Assembly (NCBI RefSeq): GCF_963921235.1
Contig: NC_086097.1
Coordinates: forward strand, 138,510,001-138,574,000
Length of the DNA: 64,000 nucleotides
Direction: 5' to 3'
Origin: Mobula hypostoma
Lineage: Eukaryota
This document shows, piece after piece, positions 36,093 through 48,759 of this stretch. The notes under the pieces are model-generated. The model was given only the letters and a program-made list of their open reading frames with translations, had not been told where the DNA came from and made no database searches. The position numbers were made by a program, and so were the translations under genes. Every line of letters starts with the position of its first letter. Within the stretch, counting starts at the first letter, position 1.

Positions 36093-38250
36093 ACTGTGGA
36101 TGAAGGCCAGTAAAATCCAACCAAAGGCAACTAAAAAAGCTATAAGGGGGAAAAGATGAAATATGAGGGCAAACTAGCCAGTGATATAACGCAGGATAGT
36201 AAAGTTTTTTTTAGTTATTTAAAGAGTAAAAGGGAGGTGAGAGTTGATATTGGCCCACTGGAAAATGATGCTGGTGAGGTAGTAATGGGGACAAAGAAAT
36301 GGCAGATAAACTTAACAAGTACTTTGCATCAGTCTTCAATGTGGAAGAGACAAGCAGTGTGCCAGAGGTTCGCGAGTGTCAGGGAGCAGGAGTGAGTGTC
36401 ATTGCTATTACAAAGGAAAAAGTGCTAGGCAAACTGAAAGGTCTAAAGGTGGATAAGTTATCTGGACCAGATGGACTACATCCCAGAGTCCTGAGAGAGG
36501 TTGCTGAAGAGATAAAGGATGCATTACTCATGATCTTTCAAGAATCATTTGATTCTGGCATGGTCCCGCAAGACTGGAAGATTGCAAATGTCATTGCACC
36601 CTTTAAGAAGGGAGGAAGGCAAAAGAAAGGAAATTATAGGCCAGTTAGCCTAACCTCAGTGTTTGGGAAAGTGTTGGAGTCTATTAAGGATGAGGTTTCA
36701 TAGTACTTGGAGACTAATAATAAAATAAATCAAAGTCATCAGGATTTCTGTAAAGGGAAATTTTGCCTGACAAATCTGTTTGAGTTTTTTGAGGAGGTAA
36801 CAAGCAGGGTGGACAGTGGAGAGGCAGTGGATGTCAATTACTTGGATTTTCAGTAGGCATTTGATAAGGTGCCATAAGGACACTTAACAAGGTAAAATCC
36901 TATGGCGTTACAGGAAGGATACTGGCATGGATAGAGGAATGGTTGACAGCCAAGAGGCAGCGAGTGGGAATAAAGGGAGCCTTTTCTGGTTAGCTGCCAG
37001 TGACGAGTGGTGTTCTTCAAGGGGTCAGTATTGAGATCAGTTCACATTGTTTGTCAATGATTTGAATAATAGAATTGTTGGCTTTGTGGCAAAGTTTGCT
37101 GATGTTACGAAGATTGGTAGAGAGATAGGTTGTGCTGAGGAAGCAATGAGATTGCAGCAGAACTTAGATTGGAAGTATGGGCAAAAAAAGTGGCAGAGAG
37201 AATGGTGTTGTGAAATGTACGACAATGCATTTTGGTAAAAGGAATAATAGTGTGGACTATTATATAAATGGGGAGAAGGTTCGACAGAGGTACAGAGGGA
37301 CTTGGGAGTCCTTGTGCAAGATTCTCAGAAGGTTAATTTACAGGTTAAGTCTGTGGTAAAGAAGGCAAATGTAATGTTAGTATTTATTCCAAAGGGAACA
37401 GAATATAAAGGCAAGGAGATGATGTTGAGACTTTATAAGACACTAGTCAAGCCACGCTGGGAGTATTGTCAACAGTTTTGGACCTCATATCTCAAGGTTT
37501 TGTCGTTGGAGAGAATCCAGAGGAGATTCACGAGGATGATTCTGGGAATAAAGGGGTTTGGCAGCTTTGGGTCTGTACCCCCTGGAATTTAGAAGAATGT
37601 GGGGAGATCTCAATGGAAACCTGCCAAATGTTGAAAGGACTAAATAAGGTGGATGTGGAGAGGATGTTTCCTATGGTGGGTGTATCCAAAACTAGAGGGC
37701 ACAGCCTCAAAATTGATGGGAGACCTTTTAGAACGGGGGCAAAGAGGGAATTTTTTTAGCCAGAGAATAGTGAATCTGTGGAATGCTCTGCCACACGCTG
37801 CGGAGGCGGCCAAGTACCTGTGTATATTTATGGCGGAAGTTGATAGTTTCCTGATTGGTCAGGGCATCAAAGGATATAGTGAAAATGCAGGTGTATGGGG
37901 TTGAGTGGGATCTGTGATCAGCCATGATGGAATGGTGGAGCAGACTTGATGGGTTGAGTGGCTTAATTCAGCTCCTATTTCTTCTGGTCTTATGGAATTA
38001 TGTACACAGAATGCTTAATCAAACAATTTATTTTCATTATTGCTCATATTACTGAAACATTAAATATACTACAAAAACCGACTTGTGGCAAGGCTGTCTA
38101 ACTATTTATTAACAGGTGTTATTGTGCAAACCTTTCGCCATACCTTTCATTTTAATGTAGTTGTGCCTTGGAATAGAGATTACTCGGAAGTCACTGATGC
38201 TGACTTTTAATAACCTTCACCTATAATCCACTGTTTTTGACAGGTTGCTT

Positions 38251-38278
38251 ACACACACACACACACACACACACACAC
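38251..38278. repeat. (AC)14 microsatellite about 70 bp upstream of the exon 6 acceptor
   Basis: Read directly from the sequence. Confidence 0.95.
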
Positions 38279-38345
38279 GCGTGCGTGCTAATTTTTTGGA
38301 TTGAAATATCTAAAGAGAATAATACTTTTTTTCCTGTTTCTACAG

Positions 38346-38471
38346 GTTCCTTCAACAGACCGGAATGCTTTAAGTTCCCTCTGGGGCAAACTAGCATCGG
38401 AGATACTGATGCAGAATTGGGAAGCTGCAATGGAGGATCTAACACGACTCAAAGAGACCATTGATAACAAT
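38346..38471 (+). CDS. EIF3E: eIF3e coding exon (equivalent to exon 6), 126 nt
   Basis: tttctacag|GTT CCT TCA...AAC AAT|gtgagt encodes [42 protein letters not shown]. Confidence 0.97.
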
Positions 38472-38652
38472 GTGAGTATTCATTCTTCTCATAAAGGTTG
38501 AACTTAGTGCATGTGCATTAAAGTGAGAATTTTTCAAGTTTCAGAGTTACTCTTCTTTTGGTGTATTTGGTGTGAGTTGCACTTTGAAGAAGGTTGTTTT
38601 CCCACCAGCTTCAACCTGTAGATTAAATGCTTGTTTTCTTTTTCCTTCTCAG

Positions 38653-38777
38653 ACTGTCAGTTCTCCTCTTCAGTCTCTCCAGCAAAGGACGTGGTTAATC
38701 CACTGGTCACTATTTGTATTCTTCAACCACCCCAAAGGCAGAGACAACATCATTGACCTTTTCCTCTATCAACCACA
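38653..38777 (+). CDS. EIF3E: eIF3e coding exon (equivalent to exon 7), 125 nt
   Basis: ccttctcag|ACT GTC AGT...CAA CCA CA|gtaagt encodes [41 protein letters not shown](Q); ends in phase 2. Confidence 0.97.
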
Positions 38778-41746
38778 GTAAGTATAGCACATGTCGAGCA
38801 TTTCACTTGTTCCAAATAGGTTAGTTGAGTCGAGAAGTGCTGACCTTTTTATTGAGTGTACTGGATAAAAATTAAAATGGAAACCTATAAAATGCAATTT
38901 GGACCTTTTGTTGTCCTGTGTGTAGTTCTAGGCACCATACCTTAAGAAAATAGAAGGATTTCAATGTAAAAGACTATGTTTTTTGTTTGCTCTACTTGCC
39001 TATTTTGTTCTTTTCATAATGGGGCAATTCTTAATGGAAGAATTTTGCTAAATATTCTCTGATCACTAATATTGTACAGTAATGATTTAAACTTAAGTCT
39101 TACTTGTAGTTCTCAACACTACAAGGTTGTTTGGTTTTTAATTGTATGATTTAAAAAATTAGCGGCTGAGTTGGATACATGAATCTAACAGATGATTTGT
39201 AAAAGGTGCATCATTCTGTATAAGGAATTTGGCATTCACAACCAGGTATACATAGCATGCTGTAACAATCTACATCGATTCTCACAACCATGAATAGTCA
39301 GGAAGGAAAAAAAAGTCAGCAGCAGACTGATTAGTACCAAGCAATAAAAGGAAATATAGAGCTGGAGCAGAGATGACTCGGTTGCCATGCAGCGGTACTG
39401 TTGAGAATCCCAGAACAGTGAATTTATTATTGTTCTTGTCCAGACAACTAGCTCTGATTCACATTTCACTAAAGTGGATTTGGTAGCTTCATGTCCATTG
39501 ACAGCTTGTGATTGGCTGACGTGACATGTTCATTCTAAAAATAAAAGTCAATATTTGTGTTTTAGATTGTAGTTTAAAATTATCTTCAATTTATTATTAT
39601 AAATAATAAAGCTCAGAAAGAAATATACTTCCAAGGGATAAAGGGCCTGTAATTAGTCCAAAGTAATAGCAATGCATCTAACGCACATTCACCCTCGGTA
39701 AGTTTTTACTGCCTTGGTGTCGTTTTGGGGAATTTAATAGCATAAATATTTATTCCTGTAAATGTGTTATTGCTGATGTTTATTAGAATGTGAGTAATAT
39801 AAAATTGTGGAGTAAGTAGTACAGGGATAATACCTGAGTGGTTTTGGTATTCTACATATTCCTGACAGTGACTGAAATACTTTCTCAATGAAAACTTAAT
39901 GTTGCCTATTATGAGGATTAAATTGTTGCATAAGGTTAGTTAACTTTGATTTGAGTGTGATAATGTTGACATTAGTCTTGGATCAAATTGACAATTACTG
40001 AATGAAATGAATTAATATGCTGTAAACTATCATGAGAGAGGATTTATGAAAAAAAAATTTCAAATTAGTGTTCTTTGGTGGTAATTAGCAGAACAAATAA
40101 GATGAAACCGGTTGATGTGATCTAGTTGGACTTTCAGAAGACCTTGATAAAATACCACATGAGAGATCACTAATTAAAATAAAACAGCTTTTTTTAGGTA
40201 GCAAGGCTGTGTCTAGTAGATGCTGTGGAGATTGAGGCTGAAGGCCCAGTGGTTAACATTCTCTGGCAGTTAGTTATTTGAAAGAGTGGACCCAAATTAA
40301 TATATCCAAGTTTGTTGTATATAGAAAGCTAAATAACTGTAACTGTGAAGAGGGTGCAACGGGTTTAATAGGGTTAGACATTTGTATGTCATGAATTTTA
40401 TGTGCCTTAAGAGATAGAATTAGTTGTAAACATTGGTATATTTGAAGATTAATCAACCATGACCACAAAACATGTAGACTGTTCAGTGAAACCAGCTGTA
40501 CTAATGTGTTTCATGGAACTTTTCCTGCCAGCAGATGCAGTAGATGTGTTTCATTTGAAACAAGAGGGGCTATAAATGTATTAATACATAAACCGCTTCC
40601 TATTTGAAAAGTTAGAAGACTTCATTTTAAACACAAGATGAAAATGAATAACTTAAGTAGTATGCAAAATGTCTACTAACTTCTAAACAGGCAGGAGTCC
40701 AGATCATGAAATTATTGGGATTTAGAACTAGTGTGGTGTAGTTTTAGATTAATTATCCATCCACATGAAATTGCACACCGCTAATGTATCTGACCAAGTG
40801 CCCTCATTAGTTTTTGTTCTGCATTCTATCAAGGACATACAGGAAGTTTCTAATATGGACCACATGAGTGCCACAAGCCTATTGCAGTGTGTGGTGTGGA
40901 TTAATTCTGTTTAAAATTACAAGATGTCTTGACCATTGTATGCTGATCTAATTTGCCCTTGAGTGTATGTCACAGATTCTTAATTGCTCCCTTTTCCATG
41001 AGTGTTGATTTTGGTAAAGAGAAATGCTTGCTTATTTCAGCTTTTTGTTTGCAAGAGTTACATTTTTTTTTATTTGTTGCCTACTTAGCCTGTGGCATTC
41101 GATCTGTTACTGTTAGTGCTTTAAACCTGGAGTTAATTGAACCCGAAATGATTTTGTGGTTGGGGAACTCAGTATGTTGTGTTGCAAGGTCCAAGGTTAC
41201 TAACGTTAATACATGGATGTAATGCTCAGTCTTTTTTTTGTATGAAAGTAGTTTATTTCCTTAAAAAAAGTGTCTTGGATACCTTGGAAGCTCATCTTCC
41301 AAGGTATCCAAGACTCTTTTAAGGAAACACTTGGAATTGACCAGAGAGGTGTGAGAAAAGCTGAAGCATTTCAGTCAACAATCCTTTTTTGGAGGAGTGA
41401 TTTAATATAATTTAATCTAGAAGCCAATTTGATTGAAAGAACGTTTGGTAGATGAAGATGTGGTTTTAATGCAAGTGACAAAAGAACCAGAGGGGTGATT
41501 GTTATTTGGAAGAAGCTGCCTTAAATTATAATTGTAGCTGATTCAGTTGGAACTTTCCAAATTGATTTGGACTTGTATCGGTAAGGAAATTTTTGCAGGT
41601 TTGCTGGACAAACACAGAATGGGCTCCATTTATTGGATAGCTCCTTCAGCAGCCACATAAATCACAGTACCCCAATCTTCTCCATGCTGAAGTATTTCAA
41701 AATAAGTGTTCCTGACCCTCGGATTCTCCACAATTGAAAAGAACTG

Positions 41747-42934
41747 CTGCTGAACTGTGTCTACGTCCACCTGGACAAGCCAGCGAGCACTGTGAGGGTC
41801 ATGTTTTTTGACTTCTCCAGTGTGTTCAACACCATCCGCCCTGCTCTGCTGGGGGAGAAGCTGACAGCGATGCAGGTGGATGCTCCCCTGGTGTCATGGA
41901 TTCTTGATTACCTGACTGGCAGACCACAGTACATGTGCTTGCAACACTGTGTGTCCGACAGAGTGATCAGCAGCACTGGGGCTCCACGGGGGACTGTCTT
42001 GTCTCCTTGTCTCTTCACCATTTACACTTCGGACTTCAACTACTGCACAGAGTCTTGTCATCTTCAGAAGTTTTCTGATGACTGCCATAGTTGGATGCAT
42101 CAGGAAGGGAGATGAGGCTGAGTACAGGTCTACGGTAGGAAACTTTGGCACATGGTGTGAGCAGAATTATCTGCAGCTTAATGTGAAAAAGACTAAGGAA
42201 CTGGTGGTAGACCTGAGGAGAGCTAAGGTACCGGTGACCCCTGTTTCCATCCAGGGGGTCAGTGTGGACATGGCGGAGGATTACAAATACCTGGGGATAC
42301 GAATTGACAATAAACTGGACTGGTCAAAGAACACTGAGGCTGCCTACAAGAAGGGTCAGAGCCGTCTCTATTTCCTGAGGAGACTGAGGTCCTTTAATGT
42401 CTGTCGGACGATGCTGTGGATGTTCTACGAGTCTATGGTAGCCAGTGCTATCATGTTTGCTGTTGTGTGCTGGGGCAGCAGGCTGAGGGTAGCAGACACC
42501 AACAGGATCAACAAACTCATTCGTAAGGCCAGTGATGTTGTGGGGATGGAACTGGACTCTCTGACGGTGGTGTCTGAAAAGAGGATGCTGTCCAAGTTGC
42601 ATGCCATCTTGGACAATGTCTCCCATCCACTACATAATGTGCTGGTTGGGCACAGGAGTACATTCAGCCAGAGACTCATTCCACCGAGATGCAACACAGA
42701 GCGTCATAGGAAGTCATTCCTGCCTGTGGCCATCAAACTTTACAACTCCTCCCTTGGAGGGTCAGACACCCTGAGCCAATAGGCTGGTCCTGGACTTATT
42801 TCCTGGCACAATTTACATACTTACATATTACTATTTAACTATTTATGGTTTTATTACTATTTATTATTTATGGTGCAACTGTAATGAAAACCAATTTCCC
42901 CCGGGATCAATGAAGTATGACTATGACTATGACT
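41747..42934 (+). mobile_element. Young, 5'-truncated Rex/Babar LINE
   Basis: VRVMFFDFSSVFNTIRP, TGAPRGTVLSP, KFSDD, LNVKKTKELVVD, YKYLG; only one evident frameshift; (CTATGA)n tail. Confidence 0.92.
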
Positions 42935-43039
42935 AAATCCATGGTATGATGATATACTTTCTTACAATATAGGATGCCATTTGCCTATAGAGCCCATGTC
43001 AACTTTTGAAGCAATCCGTTTCCCCATTAACATCCTTAT

Positions 43040-43520
43040 TAACCCACTTGGAGTATTGTGTTCTATTCTGGTCCCCTTGAATATAAGAAGGATGTGGAAG
43101 CTTAGAAAGGGTACAGAGGAGATTTAACCAGGATGCTGCCTGGAATGGAGTGATATATTAGGATCGGTTGAGCAATCTAGGGCTTTTCTGTTTGTAGTGA
43201 AGAAGGATTGGGGGGGGGGGTGGCATGTTAGAGGTGTACAAGATGTTAAGAGATATATTTTTCCCAGGGTAGTAAAGGCTAATATGGGGAGGCATACTTT
43301 TAAGGTGATTGAAGGGAAGTAGATAGGTCAGAGTTAGGCTTGTTTACGCAGAGTGGTGAGTATGTGTAACACTCTGCTGGGTGGTAGCAGAGGCAGGTAT
43401 ATTAGGGACATCTAAGAAACTCATAAATGGGTACATGGATGAGGGCTCTGTGGGAGAGGGTCTTCAAGTAGGTTAAGAGGTTGGCAGAACATAGTGGGCT
43501 GAATAGCCTGTACTGTACTC
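43040..43520 (+). mobile_element. Degraded CR1 3' fragment
   Basis: ccacttggagtattgtg...aggatgctgcctgga and a CR1 3' end. Confidence 0.75.
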
Positions 43521-46110
43521 ACTCTCACATGCCCATCAACTAGCCTGTATCTCCTACTAACCACCAATGTTAGGAGAAATTTATATATGTCAAATAATTT
43601 ACTAGTCACTGTGTTCTTAGGATCTGGAGTATCTGGTTCCCCATCCTTAGGAGCGTTGGTTGTTAACGCAAGTGAGGCATTTCACTGTATGCTTCAATGT
43701 ACATGTTATAAATAAATCTGAATCTGCTTGCTGCTGTATCGGGATCTTGATGCAAGCCTTCATACTCAGCTAGTGCTTCTGCAGCAAGAAATTACCGTAG
43801 AACGGTTGCTTTGTTGGCAGACCACTCATATTCTATGGTCTGTCCGATCACTTACTGCTGGTTGTGACAGAAATTTCAGTGTCCCTTTGTCAGTTGAGCT
43901 TTTTACCAGAAAGAAGATCCTTGTCTGGACAGAGCTGAATTGCCAAACAGAGAGGAGGAGAAAGTAATTGACCTATCCAACACTCGCCAGGAGTAGCCCA
44001 TCCTCAATGCTGAGCTGCCACAGTGCTTTCCCTACTGGCCCAACATCAGCTATTGCAGGCAGCTCCTCCACACTGAACCATGATTGATTCAATGCACCAG
44101 GTTCCCAACATTGCAATACACAGCAGTGGGAAAGGTAACAGTTCATACTGGGCTCCCAGCACCAAAATACCTGGCATGTCAGCCTGCAGCAGTGGGAAGG
44201 CAGGGAACAAGCCAGATTCCCTTCAATGCCAGTTCTGTCAGTACTGTAATTCAGTGTGCAACATGCTGTGGTGACCCAGTGGAGTGCTGATTCCATTAGT
44301 GCTCTTGTTCCTGGCAATACATTCTGAGTGCTAAACCAGTGTATTCAAAAAGCAAAGCATGCACACCTGGTTATTAGCCAACTGCTGCACAATTTAAAAA
44401 ATGCCTGATCCCGTCTGACCTCAACCTTAATTAGAGTCGGTCACTTCCCTAATTTCCAAAGTGGGCACCTATGTTTGGGATATTGCAGAGTGATTAAAAC
44501 CACACCCCCTTCCTGGTTGTGAAGTAAAATAGAGCAGTTAGGAATAGTTCAGTTGTGCATTAAACATTCTGCCTTTAGCTAGTCTGGAAGTGATTTAGAA
44601 AAACACTCATATAATTCAGAATATATTTAGGCAAAGGTGACCTGAGGAGAACTGACCTGCCCTAGATAAATATTACAGAGAGAATGCAAATCTTGATTCC
44701 CACTTCAGTTGTTTTAGCAGCAAATAAACACTCTTGGACTATCTTGATTTAAAGTTGGGGCAGTCAAAGAATGAAACTTAGGGTTCTCATAAATTTGCAT
44801 AATGCACAGAAAATTGCAAATTCCAGCATTTGATATATAACATTAACATTAATTCAAATCTCAGGTGGAGAATTCTGGACCCTGACTAAGAGCTTTAATG
44901 AAAGACATTTGTGGCTGAATTCATATTGATAGTCTGTGAAAACTTGTCGTTGCCAAATCTCACTTATCACAGTTTTAAATATTGACTGTTTATGTGAGAT
45001 ATTGTAAGTCACTGAGAAAATGAAATAAGTGATAAAGAAGAATTTTGAAAATGAAATTCTTTAAAATAATTGGTTTAAAGTGTGCTGGAGATTTCCCAGG
45101 AATTATGGATGTCCAAGTGTGATGTTGTGGGCAGGAACTATATTCTGGTATGCTGTGCATTTATTCAACCCTGCACATTTACATGTTTAAAACTATTGGA
45201 GTTATACATCTTGGAATATACAACATGCTTAATTACAACACTGTTGTACATTCTAGTAGGCAATTGGAATTCATTTTAAATTATAGCTGTCTGAATTCTC
45301 ATTTTCATCTATAACATCTTGTTCCACTTTCTGGTATTATATCTTAATGTCTGTTGCAACCCAAAATATTGAGCCGTGGAAATAATCTCAATTTGTGTGT
45401 TTTGATTGTACCATCATCTGAAATGTATCATTTGCAACTTACTTTATTTCCATAATTTTTCTACTAGGTAGCTGAGCAAGCCACCCATTAACCAGTGTCT
45501 TCTGAAAATCGCTTGTGGGTATACAAGAGCTGTGTCTGCTGTATTGGAACCTCATGTTACAGTTGTGTGAAGTATTGCGTGGCTGTAATTGGAGTATTGT
45601 TTGCAATTCTGGTTGCCACACTATAGGAAGGATGTGATTAAGCTAGAAGTTGCAGTAAAGGTTCACACAGATGTTGCTTGCATTGGAGGGTTTAAATTTA
45701 TAAGGGAAAATTGAATAGGCTGATGCTTGTTAATGCAGAAGCAAGGTAGACTGAGAGGTGACCTTACAGAGGTTAATAAAATTTTGATAGACATAGATAG
45801 GGACAATTACCAGTCATTTTCCCAGTATAGAGGAGTCAGAAAGCCAAGGGTATATGTTTAAGGTGAGGGGGGAACAATTTAAAGGGAGGAGGAGTAAGTT
45901 TTTCCTCACAGAAAGTGCTTGGTATATGGAAAGATCTACCAGAGGAGATGATAGAGATGGGTACAGTTACAATATTCCAAAACAAATATTTGGATAGGCA
46001 TGCAAATAGAAAAGGTTTAGAAGGCTGTTGTAGAACAGGTAAATTAGGTTAGTGTAGATGGGCATCTTTGATGGAATGGAAAAGTTGAGTCAAAAGGCCT
46101 GTTTTCTTGC

Positions 46111-46382
46111 AACATACATCAAAGTTGCTGGTGAACGCAGCAGGCCAAGCAGCATCTATAGGAAGAGGTGCAGTCGACGTTTCAGGCCGAGACCCTTCGT
46201 CAGGACTAACTGAAGGAAGAGTGAGTAAGGGATATGAAAGTTGGAGGGGGAGGGGGAGATCCAAAATGATAGGAGAAGACAGGAGGGGGAGGGATAGAGC
46301 CGAGAGCTGGACAGGTGATAGGCAAAAGGGGATACGAGAGGATCATGGGACAGGAGGTCCGGGAAGAAAGACGGGGGGGGGG
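46111..46382 (-). mobile_element. Penelope-like terminal fragment with a 15-bp TSD
   Basis: Perfect duplication ggcctgttttcttgc at 46096-46110 and 46383-46397; same family as 35106-35334. Confidence 0.82.
46171..46208 (-). ncRNA. Minimal type I hammerhead ribozyme motif
   Basis: Minus strand reads uaguc CUGACGA aggGUCUCGGccu GAAAC GUC gacug: stem I uaguc/gacug, stem II agg/ccu, palindromic ACGU in place of stem III, GUC cleavage triplet. Confidence 0.7.
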
Positions 46383-46599
46383 GGCCTGTTTTCTTGCTGT
46401 GTAACTCCATGAATATATAAGAGAGTGTTGGAAACTTAGAGTAAAGCCAGAAAATGTTGGATACACTCATCAGATTATGCCACATCTGTGGTTAATGTTT
46501 CTGGTCAAAAGTTCCTAGTTCTGTTGAAAGGTTTCAGTGTGAAAATGTTAAATCTGTAAGGCACTAAAGGGCTTGACTGGCATGGGGGCTAAATTAATT

Positions 46600-47240
46600 G
46601 GACTGACATCCAGAGGCTGGTCCTATCAATCAACACTTCATATTCTGCCTGGGTAGCCTCCATCTTGATGGCATGAACATTAATTTCAGGTAATTTTCCC
46701 CCCTCCCCCTTCTGTTTTCTTCTGTTACCCACTCTGACTTCCCTCTCACCTGTTCTCCACATCTGCCTATCACCTCTCCCGGTGTCCCTCCTCTTTCCCT
46801 TTCACCCATGCTCCACTGTCCTCTCCTATCAGATTCCTCTTTATTCAGCCTTACTTTTTTCCATCTATTCCCTCCCAGCTTCTGACTTCATCCTCTCTAC
46901 CCCCACTCACCCTATTTCCCCCTCACCTGGGTTCACCTATCACCCTCAAGCTTGTACTCTTTTCCCTCCCCCAGCTTCATATTCTAGCTTCTTCCCCCTT
47001 CCTTACCGGTCCAGAGGAGGGGCTTCAGCCCAAAGTGTTGACTGTTTTTTTCCATAGATGTTGCTGACCTGTTGAGTGCCTCCAGCATTTTGTTTGTGTT
47101 ACTCTGGATTTCCAGCTTCTGCGGAATCCCTTGTGTTAAACCTGTTTATTTTCCCACAGGTGTTGGCTGAACTGCAGTGTGTTTGCTGCATTTTTAGTTT
47201 TTATTTCGGATTTCCAGCATCTGTCGTTTTTATTTTCTGC
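46600..47240 (+). mobile_element. Degraded Penelope-like 3' region
   Basis: caacacttcatattctgcctgggtagcctccatcttgatggcatgaacat, a pyrimidine-rich tract, a decayed hammerhead and the ttccagc..ctgc end. Confidence 0.6.
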
Positions 47241-47824
47241 TGCAAACATGGAGATAGTTGGAGAGGATTTCCTTTGGGATTTGGACATCTGTGAAATCTA
47301 TATTGTGACAAGAACAACAATCCCAGTTTCTCCAGTCATCTATTTAATGAGATTCTATGAATAAATTACATAAATAGTATGGTTTGTGTGTTGAAATTAA
47401 AAGTGAGATTTTAAAAAAATGCATGGTTTTCCTTGTAAGCCTGTTGTAAGGTAGGATTATGTAATGCAATTATAGTCCTTATTGAAATTGCATCTAAGAT
47501 TTTAAAAGTCTCTGCTATGGTTATATCATCAGCTAATTCAACTTCTGCCTCTCATGACAACGGTGTTTTTGAGGTTGGATATTGAGACCCTGGATAATTA
47601 TTTGAAGTGAAATGATATCCAAGATTAGACATAGAAAATGGTGATTGAAAGTAGCTGCTTAGGTACTTTGTGGTGGTGAATTGTCTCTGGTTGACAGTTA
47701 CTGAATTTATGATAAATTACTGTACTGCGCGATACCATATCATATACTTGGCTAAAGACCCAGCTCAAACGCATGCAAACTTTTCATTTGAATGCTTTCA
47801 GATTTTATAAACAATCTTCTATTC

Positions 47825-47857
<33 letters not shown>

Positions 47858-47874
47858 TGTAGAATAAAAACATG

Positions 47875-48740
47875 GATCGTTGAGTTGGTAAATTTTCAGG
47901 TGATGCACAAGATTGATGACATTGTGGATAGTATAGCTGATTTCCAAAGGATACAGTGTGATACAGATCGGTTGCAGATATAGGTGGAGAAATGGCAGAT
48001 GGAGCTTAATATGGCCATGTGTGAGGCATTGCATTTTGGGAGATCAAATTTAAGGGGATGGTACACAGTTAATGTCAGGACCCTTAACCATGTAGATTTA
48101 CAGTGGAATCTTGGGGTCCATTTCCATGGCTCACTAAAAGAGCTGCACGAGTTGATAGGGTGATAAATAAGGCATATGGCATGCTTACCTTTTTTTAGTC
48201 AAGAGTCAGGAAGTTATGTTGTATTTTTATAAAATTCTGGTTAGGTCATATCTGGCTTGGAGTATCCCATTAATTTCTGGTCATCCTATCATGGGAAGTA
48301 TGTGGAGAGGGTGCAGAAGAGGCTATTTGCAAACTTGGGTTGTTTTCTCTGGAGTGATGGAGGTTGAGGGGAGAGTTGATAGAACTTAATACGGTTATGA
48401 TGGAGTAAGACAACTAGTATCTTCAGGGTGAAAATGTTTAATAGTAGAAGGGTATTCATTTAAGGTGAAAGGAGGTAAGTTCATAGGAGATGTGCCAGGC
48501 AAGTTTTTTTACACCGTGGTGGTTGCCTGGAAAGCAGTCTCAAATGTGGTAGTAAAGGCAAATACAAAAAGGGGTATTTTAAGAGGCTTTTAGATAGACA
48601 CATGAATGTGCAGAGAATGGAGGAATATGGACGTGTAGGCAGCAGAGACTCATTTAATAGACTTTTAATTACTAGTTTACTTAGTTCAGAACAGCATTGT
48701 GGAATGAAAGACTTGGTCCTGTGCTAAATTCCATGTATGG
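47875..48740 (+). mobile_element. Degraded CR1 3' fragment
   Basis: KFSGDAQ..EKWQMELN-like RT end and a CR1 3' region. Confidence 0.75.
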
Positions 48741-48759
48741 TGTGACACTAAAAATAGAT

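Larger units (their letters stand above)
32816..37994 (+). mobile_element. Near full-length CR1 LINE carrying three nested insertions
   Basis: ORF1 IGDSIVRKTDRRFC..VVCLPG; endonuclease YLNACSIQN, IYRPPNS; RT GPDGLHPRVL, NYRPVSLTSV, KFADVTK; tail tcttctggtcttatgg. Confidence 0.92.
30017..38073 (-). mobile_element. Old Gypsy/Ty3 LTR retrotransposon; 3' LTR about 30017-30225, 5' LTR 32667-38073 split by a CR1
   Basis: RNase H-like ACDISPYGVG..YKQIDREAL; integrase VVDPAAKWPEV..LRSLFSRNG..SENGSQF; shared LTR motif gcactcacatatgaca; TG...CA outer ends with 5-bp TSD AAAAC (30012-30016, 38074-38078). Confidence 0.85.
45545..46410 (+). mobile_element. Degraded CR1 3' fragment hosting a Penelope-like insertion
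   Basis: ttggagtattgtttgcaattctgg, gagaggtgaccttacagagg; its 3' end is split by the insertion at 46111-46382. Confidence 0.7.

Noticed and set aside
38221..38781. ORF-track proteins overlapping exons 6-7 (e.g. 38237-38464, 38221-38445)
   Set aside because: These are alternative-frame or intron read-through artefacts; only the spliced eIF3e frame is supported.
42078..42782. 234-aa ORF as a domesticated gene
   Set aside because: It is the C-terminal RT part of a young 5'-truncated Rex/Babar copy, with an upstream frameshift and an intact repeat tail.
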